A DNA stretch of 41,732 nucleotides from a virus (Duplodnaviria; Caudoviricetes). The notes under the pieces were generated by a model. It worked only from the letters and a program-made list of their open reading frames with translations. It did no database searches and was not told the origin of the DNA. The first letter of the stretch is position 1. Every line of letters starts with the position of its first letter. Shown here piece by piece: positions 1 through 9,228 of the stretch. The DNA lies in the IMG/VR virus record IMGVR_UViG_3300036453_000011, positions 1 through 41,732 of that record. One strand, 5' to 3'. Position numbers and translations under genes: made by a program.

Positions 1-87
1 GGGTTTACAGGTTCTAGCCTTGGTCACGGTCACGGACTAGATCTGTCTATCGCGTATACGGATGTCATCATAGCTACTAAACAATAA
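1..87 (+). CDS. C-terminal end of a tail fibre protein (partial)
   Basis: Frame 1 reads GFTGSSLGHGHGLDLSIAYTDVIIATKQ*. The HxH motif and ...YxDVIIATK ending are typical of phage tail-fibre C-termini, and it precedes tail-associated genes. Confidence 0.6.
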   Translation, partial: GFTGSSLGHGHGLDLSIAYTDVIIATKQ

Positions 88-98
88 CTTTATAATAT

Positions 99-410
99 AT
101 GAAACTAGATAGAAAACCATACTGCCCACTTATTAAAGCGGATTGCAAACAACTAGGATGTAGCTGGTTTACGTCCTTAAAAGGCACTAACCCTCAGACA
201 GGAGATTCTGTAGATGAGTGGGGTTGTGCAGTAACCTGGCTACCTATGCTACTTATAGAAACTTCTAAAGAGGTTAGACAAGGGGCGGCAGCTACGGAAT
301 CCTTCCGAAATGAGATGGTAGAATCTTCAGAGAGATCTCGGCAAACTGCCATAACCATTGCTAGGTTATCTGAATCTCCACGATTACCCATACTAGAACA
401 TAAGGATTAA
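99..410 (+). CDS. Conserved Cys-rich phage protein of the type found next to tail fibre genes
   Basis: CPLIKADCKQLGCSWF...DEWGCAVTWLPMLLIE...TESFRNEMV is a recognisable phage hypothetical family. Confidence 0.7.
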   Translation: MKLDRKPYCPLIKADCKQLGCSWFTSLKGTNPQTGDSVDEWGCAVTWLPMLLIETSKEVRQGAAATESFRNEMVESSERSRQTAITIARLSESPRLPILEHKD

Positions 411-414
411 GAAT

Positions 415-987
415 ATGAAAGTAACAATAATACCTAAAGATGGTTTTGTTAACGTTGATGGGTTCTATCAGATATTAGACTGCTCCTCTATTCCTTCTAA
501 TATTCACGCCATTCAATGGGATACTGATCACGGAGAACTAGAGTATACCGCCACAGGGGACGGGAGTAAGTTTGGTAACACTCGTATAGAAGATACTGGC
601 TTATTCCAATCTATTTTGGACGTGTGGACGCTAGGTAAGGCTAAATACGATGCAGAGATATTAGCCAATATGCCTACTAAGGATCAGTTAATTCAAATAT
701 CTTTGTCAAATAACGACAGGGCTATTCAGAAGCTCCTAGACGATAAAGCTAAGGATAGAGGCTATCGAAACATAAACGCTGCATGTGCCTACGTTTCTAA
801 AACTTCCGTAGTTCCTAAAACTCATCCTTTATTCTTAAAATGTGAGAAGTTTAGAATAGAAGGTAATGCTCTTCAGACTTGGATGGCTTTAACTTGGGCT
901 ACCCTTCACGTATACATGGAGACTAATTCTAATCCTACTATAGAAGAGGCTTTATCCGTTGTACCAGACTTTACTTGGCCAGACTAA
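415..987 (+). CDS. Tail fibre assembly/chaperone-like protein
   Basis: IHAIQWD...GELEY N-terminus and a DUF4376-like C-terminus (LDDKAKDRGY...ACAY...W..P). Located between the fibre and lysis genes. Confidence 0.55.
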   Translation: MKVTIIPKDGFVNVDGFYQILDCSSIPSNIHAIQWDTDHGELEYTATGDGSKFGNTRIEDTGLFQSILDVWTLGKAKYDAEILANMPTKDQLIQISLSNNDRAIQKLLDDKAKDRGYRNINAACAYVSKTSVVPKTHPLFLKCEKFRIEGNALQTWMALTWATLHVYMETNSNPTIEEALSVVPDFTWPD

Positions 988-988
988 G

Positions 989-1519
989 ATGGGATTAACC
1001 CCAGACCAATTAGGTAAAATAGCCATTTATCTAAAAGAGCCTAAGTTAAGCATATTCTCGGATGCACTCAACTGGGCAATGGCTCAATTCGATATTCTGG
1101 GATTAAATCAACAAGCGGCATTTATAGCTCAAGTAATGCATGAATCTGGGGGATGTAAATATGTAAGAGAGATAGCTTCAGGGTCGGCTTACGAGGGTCG
1201 TAAAGACCTTGGTAATACCGAGAAAGGAGACGGCGTTAAATTTAAAGGTAGAGGTCTTATTCAAATAACTGGACGAGCCAACTACACCGAACTAGGTCTT
1301 GCTTTCAAAATAGACCTAGTAAACAATCCAGAACTATTAGAAGAGCCGGAGTACGCAGCTATGAGTGCAGCTTGGTTTTGGAATTCTCGTAGATTAAATA
1401 GGTACGCGGATGGCACCGCTGCAGGGTTTATAACTATTACTAAGCGCATTAATGGCGGGACTAACGGGTTGAAAGACAGACGGATGTACTGGGAATTAGC
1501 GAAGAAAATACTATGTTAA
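989..1519 (+). CDS. Endolysin, glycoside hydrolase family 19 (chitinase-like)
   Basis: AAFIAQVMHESGG, YEGRKDLGN, FKGRGLIQITGRANY, SAAWFW and ITKRINGGTNGL motifs. The ATG at 989 follows the upstream stop. Confidence 0.93.
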   Translation: MGLTPDQLGKIAIYLKEPKLSIFSDALNWAMAQFDILGLNQQAAFIAQVMHESGGCKYVREIASGSAYEGRKDLGNTEKGDGVKFKGRGLIQITGRANYTELGLAFKIDLVNNPELLEEPEYAAMSAAWFWNSRRLNRYADGTAAGFITITKRINGGTNGLKDRRMYWELAKKILC

Positions 1520-1935
1520 ATTATATCAAAATTGGAACAGCAGGCTTAATAGTATTTACTATTATGGGATCCGCATGGTACGTCTATAGTTTACAGGTTA
1601 CAGTTGATGAATTAACCAAGGCCAATATAGAGGTAGGTATTTCCCTGAAAGATAAGACTTCAGCCCTGACTGCATGTTCTGACTCTATTAAAAACATAAG
1701 TTCGGAGGAGCTAAAAAAGAGCCTAATAGCACAACAAGCGGTTAACCGAGCTAAAAAAGAATCTAAAGTAGATTTCTCTAATGCCAGTGGAATTCTTTTT
1801 TATAAGCCTAAAGGTATAGAGATTACCTCAACTCGTAATACCTCGGAAGAAGACACTCTTATTAATTTGCAGCTAAAGGACTACCGGGATACTAATGATC
1901 TGATAAATAATTTTATTAAACAAGGCGTAAGATGA
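1513..1935 (+). CDS. Putative i-spanin (Rz-like)
   Basis: Single N-terminal TM helix followed by a helical region. Overlaps the endolysin stop and precedes a lipoprotein. Confidence 0.65.
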   Translation: MLNYIKIGTAGLIVFTIMGSAWYVYSLQVTVDELTKANIEVGISLKDKTSALTACSDSIKNISSEELKKSLIAQQAVNRAKKESKVDFSNASGILFYKPKGIEITSTRNTSEEDTLINLQLKDYRDTNDLINNFIKQGVR

Positions 1936-2207
1936 AAAAGGTAGGACTAACTACATTACTACTAGCAGCAATGCTTTCAGGTTGTACTGCCACCCCTGTT
2001 ATTTCAAGTACTCAGTACGTCAACGTACTTGTTCCTGTTAAATGTAGCCCTACCCTGCAGGTAACTTCAATATCGGAATACCCCACCTCTAAGTTTAAAG
2101 TAGATATGTCTTTATTTGAAAAAACTCAGCTTATTATGGCTGAGCTTTTTCTAATCAGAGGTCAAAACAAAGAGCTAACTGCAGCTCTAGGGGAATGCAC
2201 TAAATAG
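1932..2207 (+). CDS. Putative o-spanin (Rz1-like lipoprotein)
   Basis: Signal peptide with lipobox LSGC, VxVPVKC motif, and a 4-nt overlap with the i-spanin candidate. Confidence 0.7.
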   Translation: MKKVGLTTLLLAAMLSGCTATPVISSTQYVNVLVPVKCSPTLQVTSISEYPTSKFKVDMSLFEKTQLIMAELFLIRGQNKELTAALGECTK

Positions 2208-2216
2208 GCTAGAGGA

Positions 2217-2933
2217 TCACTTGAACTTATTGACAGAGTTTTGAACCATAACTTCCAGATATTTATTCTCTAAACCAGTCATAATATCTGTTTGAAAGGT
2301 ACTGGATTTAACGTCCAGAGTATTCATAATCTCTGTTAGAATCTCGTTATCTTCTCGACCACCCCACGTCTTAAAATACGTGCCTTGTTTATATCCTTTG
2401 GCTTGGCGAAACTCGTTGAGGATGTTCTTAGCTAAGTAAAGTTTATACAACTCATCCCAACTAATATTCATAGATACCATAACTACGTAAAAATGCTGAA
2501 GTAGTCCACTGATGGAGACGTGCTCCCCGTGAGACGAGGCGGAGTTAATAAGACGCATTAAACACTCTCGAACATCTGAGATGGTTGCATCCCCTAGATC
2601 AGGTAGGATAGAATCTACTCCAGAAGTCACATCGGTAATTAACTCAAAATAGCTAGTACCCTCTTTGATGTTATACATCATCATTTCAGATAGTAAGAAG
2701 TGCCAGATATCTATTACCTCCATCTTCATCTGAGCCGTATCTGGACCTTTACCGGAGTCCTTCCACCACTTCCATCCGGAGTGATCATAAGCTTCCCAAG
2801 CTTCACCTACGATTGCTACGCACCAATCATGGTTTTCATCACGCCAATTTTTGGTTACTTTGGAATTCAAAGCCTCTTGTAGAGTAAGCATTGTTACTAG
2901 TTGAGCTTCTGTTAAGGCGTTAGGATTTGTCAT
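2217..2933 (-). CDS. dut: Dimeric all-alpha dUTPase (dUTPase_2 family)
   Basis: GEAWE, GWKWWK, MEVIDIWHFLLS, YLAKNILNEFRQAKGYKQGTY.K.WGGREDNE motifs. Confidence 0.9.
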   Translation of the reverse strand: MTNPNALTEAQLVTMLTLQEALNSKVTKNWRDENHDWCVAIVGEAWEAYDHSGWKWWKDSGKGPDTAQMKMEVIDIWHFLLSEMMMYNIKEGTSYFELITDVTSGVDSILPDLGDATISDVRECLMRLINSASSHGEHVSISGLLQHFYVVMVSMNISWDELYKLYLAKNILNEFRQAKGYKQGTYFKTWGGREDNEILTEIMNTLDVKSSTFQTDIMTGLENKYLEVMVQNSVNKFK

Positions 2934-2934
2934 A

Positions 2935-3186
2935 TCAGTATACTTTCTTTAGTTCTTTTAGGATTTCGGATAAAATTTCAGATACGGCGTGGTCAGCAGA
3001 GGACACAAAATTCATAGCCTGCCCTTGGTTGGTATTAGTGCTGAGGGTAAGCTCTAAGTAATCCTGACGTAGCTTATCTCGTAGTTTTGTCAACTTATTC
3101 ACTACACTACCTACGGAGTCTTTCATTTCATATACGCGGTCAATAGGCACTAAGTTTGCCCCGTGCGCGGTAATTGCGCTATTCAT
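2935..3186 (-). CDS. Hypothetical protein
   Basis: ORF tightly packed in the operon. Confidence 0.6.
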   Translation of the reverse strand: MNSAITAHGANLVPIDRVYEMKDSVGSVVNKLTKLRDKLRQDYLELTLSTNTNQGQAMNFVSSADHAVSEILSEILKELKKVY

Positions 3187-3518
3187 TTGTTTCTCTCCTT
3201 ATTTTCAGATTCACTTTGACCGAGTAGCCCTGCATACGCTGCCAAATCTATGTAGTCATCTTTTAGATAAGCCCCATTTCTAGCCCTGACTAGTTTAAGC
3301 ACGATCATCAGTTGCCACACGTCAGCTTCCGTTAAACTATGCCCGCTAAGAGCATTGAATACCTCTGCAATCTGGGCTGCGGTACGCTCTCCCGTAGGCT
3401 TGTCCCGAAGAATCGCACGAGCCTTCATAGTAGACACTGCGTCTTCTAGGAACTCGTGGGCTAAGTCTACTTGAGCTGTTTGAACTACTGGTACTTCTTT
3501 GTTATTTTCGTTGCTCAT
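3183..3518 (-). CDS. DUF6378-like phage protein (all-alpha nucleotide pyrophosphatase-related)
   Basis: IAEVFNALSG..LTEADVWQLMIVLKLVR....DDYIDLAAYAGL pattern. Confidence 0.7.
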   Translation of the reverse strand: MSNENNKEVPVVQTAQVDLAHEFLEDAVSTMKARAILRDKPTGERTAAQIAEVFNALSGHSLTEADVWQLMIVLKLVRARNGAYLKDDYIDLAAYAGLLGQSESENKERNK

Positions 3519-3530
3519 TCATCTAATCCT

Positions 3531-3824
3531 TTAATGGTTAATAAGTGCGTCTTCTAAAATGAATTCTGGCTGATCATCTATCCAAATGTCTATCCAGATA
3601 TCTAAAGCTCTCATGTAGGGTTTTTTGGCAGTACGACTCGTAAAATAAATGTCGTCAACTTTAGTAGACAGCCCACTTTTAACTTCGCAGGCTTCAGGCC
3701 CATGCCCATATCTCATTGTAACCACGTATACTTTATGACCTTTACTACGGGCATCCTTAATAAAAGTATCCCACAGTTCAGGGTCTTTTGTATACGTCCC
3801 GTCAAAGTCTAGGGATATGTTCAT
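3531..3824 (-). CDS. Small HAD-superfamily hydrolase
   Basis: ISLDFDGT (motif I), VVTMR, and IWIDD (motif IV). Confidence 0.8.
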   Translation of the reverse strand: MNISLDFDGTYTKDPELWDTFIKDARSKGHKVYVVTMRYGHGPEACEVKSGLSTKVDDIYFTSRTAKKPYMRALDIWIDIWIDDQPEFILEDALINH

Positions 3825-4696
3825 TAATAGGCCTCCTCTAAAATGTTAATTAACGTTTCTAACGTTACATTTAATCCTGATGAATTTCTATGACCCCCAC
3901 CCCCGAAATGCCGGGCTATTGAAGTAACATCAAAATCTCCTACTGATCGTAGACTTACCGCAACCCTGCAATCTTGGGTGATATAGTACACGAAAGCAAA
4001 GTTTACGTCAAGTTTTTCATCTAAACAAATAGCGTTACCAATCTCGGACTGCAAAGTATTAGAATTAACTATTCCAACCCTGAACCCGAAGAGGCTGATT
4101 TCTTGCACTTGCTTAAGAGTAGACTCTATCTTGAGATCATTATGAGTACATATACTGTGACCAGTAACCCGTAACCCTGACAGATCCCACAGCTTATGCT
4201 CGTAGTCAGGGGTACTGCAGTCGTCCCAATAACCCATATCCCCCTTGAGCAAAGGTAACGCCGCACATACCTCCTTAGTACCTTTCAGTTTCCACTGCCA
4301 CAGGTCCCGGTCTTGTACGTGAAGAAGCAACTGTGGAATAGGAATGTCCGGATGAAAATACTCCCAAGCCATTACGCAGCCACTTTTAGACATATCTAAA
4401 CGACACCAGTCACCTAAACCCTCTAGATCGGTCTGTGCGGTCTTGTGGTGGTCAAGCACTACAACGCTTAGGCACAGCTTCTTAAGTGCCACCAGCGTCG
4501 CTCTAGGGTACGAGAAATCGAGGATGTACACCTCGGAGTATGCATCCAGCTGTTTTGGGGGCGCGTTGCCATAACTAACTGGTATGTATTGGGCCTGATC
4601 CCCAAAACGCTTCCACGCTGCATATTTGGATCCAAGGCCATCCGTGCAATGGTCGTGGTAAAGAATATAGATGTTACTATGTTTGATCGTTGTCAT
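3824..4696 (-). CDS. DHH/DHHA1 phosphoesterase (NrnB-like)
   Basis: YHDHCTDG, ILDFS, LDHHKT, VQDRDLW, SLRS and FGGGGH motifs. Confidence 0.9.
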   Translation of the reverse strand: MTTIKHSNIYILYHDHCTDGLGSKYAAWKRFGDQAQYIPVSYGNAPPKQLDAYSEVYILDFSYPRATLVALKKLCLSVVVLDHHKTAQTDLEGLGDWCRLDMSKSGCVMAWEYFHPDIPIPQLLLHVQDRDLWQWKLKGTKEVCAALPLLKGDMGYWDDCSTPDYEHKLWDLSGLRVTGHSICTHNDLKIESTLKQVQEISLFGFRVGIVNSNTLQSEIGNAICLDEKLDVNFAFVYYITQDCRVAVSLRSVGDFDVTSIARHFGGGGHRNSSGLNVTLETLINILEEAY

Positions 4697-5324
4697 TACT
4701 AATCTCCACTTCGGTAAATGAGCTATCAGAGGAAATTTCTTCCCCAGTAGCAGTTTTTAAAACAATAGTAGATTCTACTCGAATTAGTCTAGAACTAACT
4801 TCGTATGCATCCACTTCAATAGATAATCTTAGATTTTTCTTAATCCATGCCAGGATGGCCCCGTCTAAGGGACTAAACTCATTACTTCCAGGAGTACTCG
4901 AGGATCTTTCGGTATGGCGTATACTCCCGCCAGTGCTATAAATACTAGAAGTTTCCCTGGAGTTAGGATAATGGATATGAGTTCTTACTCCCGGAGGATT
5001 ATAATCTGGATCATAATTATTAATCCTGTCTAAAATTCTAGTCTCTATATCAACCTCTGGAATTTCCCTAGAAGTATCTGGGGTAGGCGCTCTGGGTGAG
5101 ATTCCACCCCCATAGGTTACGTTCCCTGAGAGTAGTCCTCCAAGTACCCTCCCTCGGTCAGCAACACTTGTATTCATATATTGATTAACAAAATCCGAAT
5201 CAACGAGAGCTATCCCACCATTGGGTAACCTCATAGTCTCCACAAGCATTTCTCTTCTAGCCGTCGTTGCTAAATTTTCACTAACATCCCTACTATGATT
5301 CTCCAAGGGCGTAAGAGTATCCAT
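4677..5324 (-). CDS. Hypothetical protein
   Basis: 215-aa ORF with an AGGAG RBS upstream. Confidence 0.65.
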   Translation of the reverse strand: MDTLTPLENHSRDVSENLATTARREMLVETMRLPNGGIALVDSDFVNQYMNTSVADRGRVLGGLLSGNVTYGGGISPRAPTPDTSREIPEVDIETRILDRINNYDPDYNPPGVRTHIHYPNSRETSSIYSTGGSIRHTERSSSTPGSNEFSPLDGAILAWIKKNLRLSIEVDAYEVSSRLIRVESTIVLKTATGEEISSDSSFTEVEISNDNDQT

Positions 5325-5334
5325 ATAAACTCCT

Positions 5335-5694
5335 TTATGTCGTGTACTCTATAAATTTAATACCTGCATCCTTAATAGCCATACTACATATTGGACACGG
5401 GGCTGCGTTTCTTAAACTACCACCCTTCCCCACTCTAACTACAACCATTTTATAAGGTACCCCTTCTTTAGCTTTTATTAAAGCAGACATCTCTGCATGT
5501 AAAAATTGCTTAGTCCTATCCCCGTACTTGTTGGCATAAAAAGCTTGTCGAGGATGAGTTTTGCAATATGAATTAGCAGCTACACTGAGCACGTTTCCTG
5601 ACTTATCTAAAACAGCAGCCGCCATTCTAAATCTACCAGTACCCGTCTCCGCTAATTTAGTTAATCTATTTAAAAGTGTTTCGTCAGTAATCAT
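5335..5694 (-). CDS. Zn-dependent cytidine/dCMP deaminase-fold protein
   Basis: HAE and PCPIC zinc-binding motifs. Confidence 0.85.
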   Translation of the reverse strand: MITDETLLNRLTKLAETGTGRFRMAAAVLDKSGNVLSVAANSYCKTHPRQAFYANKYGDRTKQFLHAEMSALIKAKEGVPYKMVVVRVGKGGSLRNAAPCPICSMAIKDAGIKFIEYTT

Positions 5695-5749
5695 TTATAC
5701 TTTGCTAAAAACTTGGGTAGTATCCCAAGTTTAGTCCTCGTTAATTACT

Positions 5750-5980
5750 TCAACTCGTAACCCAGATAATTACCGTACAGGGTTCTGTCTGCCCTACCGG
5801 AGGGGCCTTCGTAGATACATCAGTTATTTCTTTTCGAAAATCTCTTACAACGGTTTTACCACTCTCAAGTACCGCCGTTGGCATTTCGAAGAAATGACCT
5901 ATCATCATAGGAGGCAGATCCTCTACTATATAGTTCAGGCGCTCTTCTCCGCCCTGGATGACGATTAGACGAGTTTTCAT
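5750..5980 (-). CDS. Hypothetical protein
   Basis: First ORF downstream of the promoter motif at 6037-6065. Confidence 0.55.
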   Translation of the reverse strand: MKTRLIVIQGGEERLNYIVEDLPPMMIGHFFEMPTAVLESGKTVVRDFRKEITDVSTKAPPVGQTEPCTVIIWVTS

Positions 5981-6036
5981 CTTATTTCTTTCTGTATGGG
6001 TTTTACTAGGTAAGGTAATTGACTCTTTGTACTATT

Positions 6037-6065
6037 CTTATACCAATAAAACATCAAATAGTTGA
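6037..6065 (-). promoter_or_regulatory. Repeated phage promoter-like motif, copy 1
   Basis: TCAAC-N15-TGGTATAAG on the - strand, intergenic. Confidence 0.75.
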
Positions 6066-6078
6066 CTTACTTTTGGCT

Positions 6079-6108
6079 AAAAAAAAGGTTAAATTAATAA
6101 CCTTTTTT
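6079..6108. terminator. Bidirectional terminator-like hairpin
   Basis: aaaaaaggtta-aattaa-taacctttttt inverted repeat with A/T tracts on both sides. The stem is AT-rich. Confidence 0.5.
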
Positions 6109-6114
6109 GACTTA

Positions 6115-7220
6115 TACCTTCACTCGAGAGCACTCTGGGGTTACCCGTATACCAGTATACCTGGGAGGAGCTCATCTCTCCGGGGTCTGGCGTTTTGTGC
6201 CAGGCCCCACCAATATTCCACAAAGTAACTTCGTAGACGTTTCTATGATGAAACACAAATACTGAAGGGTATTACTTTACTACAACTACTTTATTACGAC
6301 ATTACTCGTGAACTGAGGACCTGTCCCTTGTTGAGGTGCCGGAAGTTCACATTCATATTGAGTCAAGCTACACCGAGGAGTTTCTCCAGGGTCGTTGATT
6401 ACTATCAACTAAGTACTAACGTCGTGTGCCAGTTCTGGGTCAAGTACTGGCAAACTTGTAGTCGCCTTGTAACTGTTGCGTATTACTCGTGGAGGGCTGC
6501 CTGCAGCTCTTCAGGATCCAGGTGCAGAGGGAGGGTTCAACCGGTTCGTAGCGTAGCGTAGATTAGGTTGAGACCCGGACGTTGCACCTAACTATAACTA
6601 AGAAGTTGCTTCTTAGCAGTTAAGTTAATAACTAAATACTAATACACTAATACCCTACTGTAGTTTTGAATAGGCTACCAACTATTACTACTCGCATTAC
6701 TGCTTGCGTCTTTTAAAGTTTTACTCGTTAGGGCCTCCGGGGCCCGTCGGACACCTGGTGTGAACTGTAGTCGTTAGTCGAAGAGTAGCGTAGCGAAACG
6801 TAGACTAAGGACGGTAGTTCACTCAACGTATAACCAAGTAGTAGCTACTTAGCCGTTAAGATACTAACTGAATACTAAAACTTTAAGACGATTATTACCA
6901 AGGTAATGCCCCGTAACCCCGTGTGCGCTAAACCGGAATCCATCCCTGAAAACCAAGCTGGTGATATGCCGAGGACTTTAGGAGGCGTCCCCCCATTTCT
7001 TAAAGGGTATGACTAACGTATTTAAAACTACTACAACTACTTTAAAAACCCGATCAACTCGTTGATGTCTGCGAGCACATCCCCAGGTACCCCCTTGGAG
7101 GTATCCGACGGAGATGTCGGCGATACCAGCTTCTAGACATCCGATCTCCCAGCTTGCTGGAGGGTGTGTGGAAATTGTTTCAACTTCCGAGTTATTACTA
7201 ACTACAAATACTTGATCGTT
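6115..7220. other. ~1.1-kb densely structured non-coding region (candidate replication origin or large ncRNA)
   Basis: No credible ORF. Many nested inverted repeats separated by actactacaactact-like linkers, with a duplicated hairpin unit. Confidence 0.6.
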
Positions 7221-7251
7221 GAAAGCGAGAGCGACCCCGCTGATATCTAGC

Positions 7252-7455
7252 TTAAGCTGTCATCGTGCTTCTGTTCTGAAGAAGTGCACAGGGAGGCTTA
7301 GTACTAAACCATTTCTGAAGTACCATTACCTCTGAAACAACTGGAATGTCTATAGTAGAGGATGAGTCCTTGGTGAATACGTATTTACCAGAGGTGTCTT
7401 CTATTATAGCAAATCCTTCATCTTTATACTCTACTACATTCAAAATCTCAGCCAT
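7252..7455 (-). CDS. Hypothetical protein
   Basis: ORF with an AGGA RBS, downstream of a promoter motif. Confidence 0.55.
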   Translation of the reverse strand: MAEILNVVEYKDEGFAIIEDTSGKYVFTKDSSSTIDIPVVSEVMVLQKWFSTKPPCALLQNRSTMTA

Positions 7456-7515
7456 GATAAATTCCTAAAAAGAGTGAAGTAGTAGTTATAATAAGATAAG
7501 TTCTCTTACACTATC

Positions 7516-7543
7516 CTTATACCACAAAAATCCAAAATGTTGA
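7516..7543 (-). promoter_or_regulatory. Repeated phage promoter-like motif, copy 2
   Basis: TCAAC-N14-TGGTATAAG. Confidence 0.75.
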
Positions 7544-7559
7544 ATTTGAATTTTAGGTA

Positions 7560-7814
7560 TTAATAAAACCGTAAACTACTTTCGGTGAAGTCCTCGATGG
7601 ATACTCCGACTAGCTTGGCCAGTTTAGATACTGTTCGTAATGTCGGTTGGTACAAGGATTTGTTTTTGCGACGCTTCTCCATGGCGTAGATAGTAGATGG
7701 GCAAATACCGGATGCCTTTGAAAATTCTGCGATGCTCATGTTACTCTTGAACCGAAGGTTAGAGGCGTTGGAAAGGGTATTGGATCCCAGCTTACGTGTA
7801 GTAATAGATTTCAT
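7560..7814 (-). CDS. XRE-family helix-turn-helix DNA-binding protein
   Basis: MSIAEFSKASGICPSTIYAME...PTLRTVSKLAKLVGVSIEDF. Confidence 0.85.
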   Translation of the reverse strand: MKSITTRKLGSNTLSNASNLRFKSNMSIAEFSKASGICPSTIYAMEKRRKNKSLYQPTLRTVSKLAKLVGVSIEDFTESSLRFY

Positions 7815-7870
7815 TGGTAATGCCTTAGTAAAGACTAGTTAGTCCAAGCGTAGTATATCTTGGTACTTTG

Positions 7871-7898
7871 CTTATACCACGTTTTTGCAAAATGTTGA
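7871..7898 (-). promoter_or_regulatory. Repeated phage promoter-like motif, copy 3
   Basis: TCAAC-N14-TGGTATAAG. Confidence 0.75.
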
Positions 7899-7902
7899 AT
7901 TT

Positions 7903-7926
7903 AAAAAGAGCCGGTTAAGGCTCTTC
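7903..7926 (-). terminator. Intrinsic terminator
   Basis: aagagcc-ggttaa-ggctctt hairpin with a U-tract on the - strand. Confidence 0.7.
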
Positions 7927-7931
7927 TTAAA

Positions 7932-8456
7932 TCAGTACCTCTTATGAAACATCTTACCGTATCCTCTGAGAAATTTTCCACATGGACTATCCGCTTTTCG
8001 AGACTGCTTAAACGTATACTGCCTCACCAAGCCATTTGGATAGCAGTCAAGCGCATTCATACTTCTTGAAGAATATCCACGACTATTTAGAACAGAGGTT
8101 ACCTTAGTAATCTCCACAGTCTCCTTCAACTTAAGGGCCATCCTATGCCCGTACTCCACCGCACTCTTTTTAGTAGTAAACCTCTTAGAGCTAGCCCCTA
8201 TCCAAACTAAGTAAAACACATCCCGCACAGTCGGCCTGTAGTCGAGTCTCTTACCTCCCCCATGAATGAACCAATCCACAGGAGGGATGCGCCTTGTTAA
8301 CTCTCTATTAGAGTAAATGTATCCGGCTTTGATTTCGTAAGTACCCCCGTCTGGCCTGAGTACATTTACATACTTGTTGTTATCAAAATCTAGGATTTTA
8401 ATTTCTTCAGTAGGCCCAAAGTAATTCGTAAATCCTACGTCAATTAATTTCGTCAT
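7932..8456 (-). CDS. Hypothetical protein
   Basis: 174-aa ORF in the operon. Confidence 0.65.
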   Translation of the reverse strand: MTKLIDVGFTNYFGPTEEIKILDFDNNKYVNVLRPDGGTYEIKAGYIYSNRELTRRIPPVDWFIHGGGKRLDYRPTVRDVFYLVWIGASSKRFTTKKSAVEYGHRMALKLKETVEITKVTSVLNSRGYSSRSMNALDCYPNGLVRQYTFKQSRKADSPCGKFLRGYGKMFHKRY

Positions 8457-8463
8457 GTTGTTC

Positions 8464-9228
8464 CTAATTAGAAATAAATCTATCCTTGAAGTCAGTACAC
8501 ATATTCATCAATCCAAACTTTTCATCCCCAGTCAAGATTCTTCCGGCGTAAATGGCATCACTTAAGTTGAACCCTTCTACGGGATTGACCAGGACTAGAT
8601 TGGGGATCTGCTCCGGCAACATGTCAGAAGAGTCGTCAATTATAACAAACGAATCTACTATAACCGTATCCAGGCAAGAGTACGTTGGGAGCAAGTACCC
8701 TTGGCGAATCATAGTTTCTCGAGAGTTTTCATTTTCAGTTAGTTTGGTTAAGAAATCTTGAATTTCTACTCCACGAGTGGTCCCCTCCCTGCCGTATATC
8801 TCTCCCGTACGACCTAACAGATATATCGAATCCAACCCTATCATCTTAAACATATCAAGGATCTGGGTACTTGAGAACCCAAGTCTCCAAGACGAAGATA
8901 ACACGATCAAGGCTCCGGTAGCATTACAAAGCTTATTGATAAGCCCTACCGATTCCTTGCTTATAGCTTCCGGATACCCCACAGCCACTTGCCTAGGGAC
9001 AGACCCCCGCAAGGCAGGGTAAGGTACTTGACCAGTCAATACGAGGGTTTTACTGGACGTTAGAACCTCATCTACGTCGAGGAATATAATTTTCAGGGAA
9101 GTAAAATCGGCATGCCCTGAGTAGTCACCATTCCCAGGAGGGCAGGTAAAAGCATCATACTGAGTAAATGGGATTTTAATAACATCAGGAACCGTAAGAT
9201 CTTTAAAATTGGAAGGTAGGATTTTCAT
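8464..9228 (-). CDS. HAD domain protein (Swiss-Army-Knife RNA-repair-like HAD)
   Basis: IIFLDVDEVL, IVLSSSWR, RGVEI, FVIIDD and V....GF motifs. Confidence 0.8.
   Translation of the reverse strand: MKILPSNFKDLTVPDVIKIPFTQYDAFTCPPGNGDYSGHADFTSLKIIFLDVDEVLTSSKTLVLTGQVPYPALRGSVPRQVAVGYPEAISKESVGLINKLCNATGALIVLSSSWRLGFSSTQILDMFKMIGLDSIYLLGRTGEIYGREGTTRGVEIQDFLTKLTENENSRETMIRQGYLLPTYSCLDTVIVDSFVIIDDSSDMLPEQIPNLVLVNPVEGFNLSDAIYAGRILTGDEKFGLMNMCTDFKDRFISN

Noticed and set aside
6019-6561. + strand ORFs 6019-6228 and 6328-6561
   Set aside because: TTG starts without an RBS, running through a promoter, a terminator and hairpins, with no protein-like features.
6270-7210. ACT-rich repeats as a CRISPR array
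   Set aside because: The repeats are short, degenerate and irregularly spaced, and there are no cas genes in the window.
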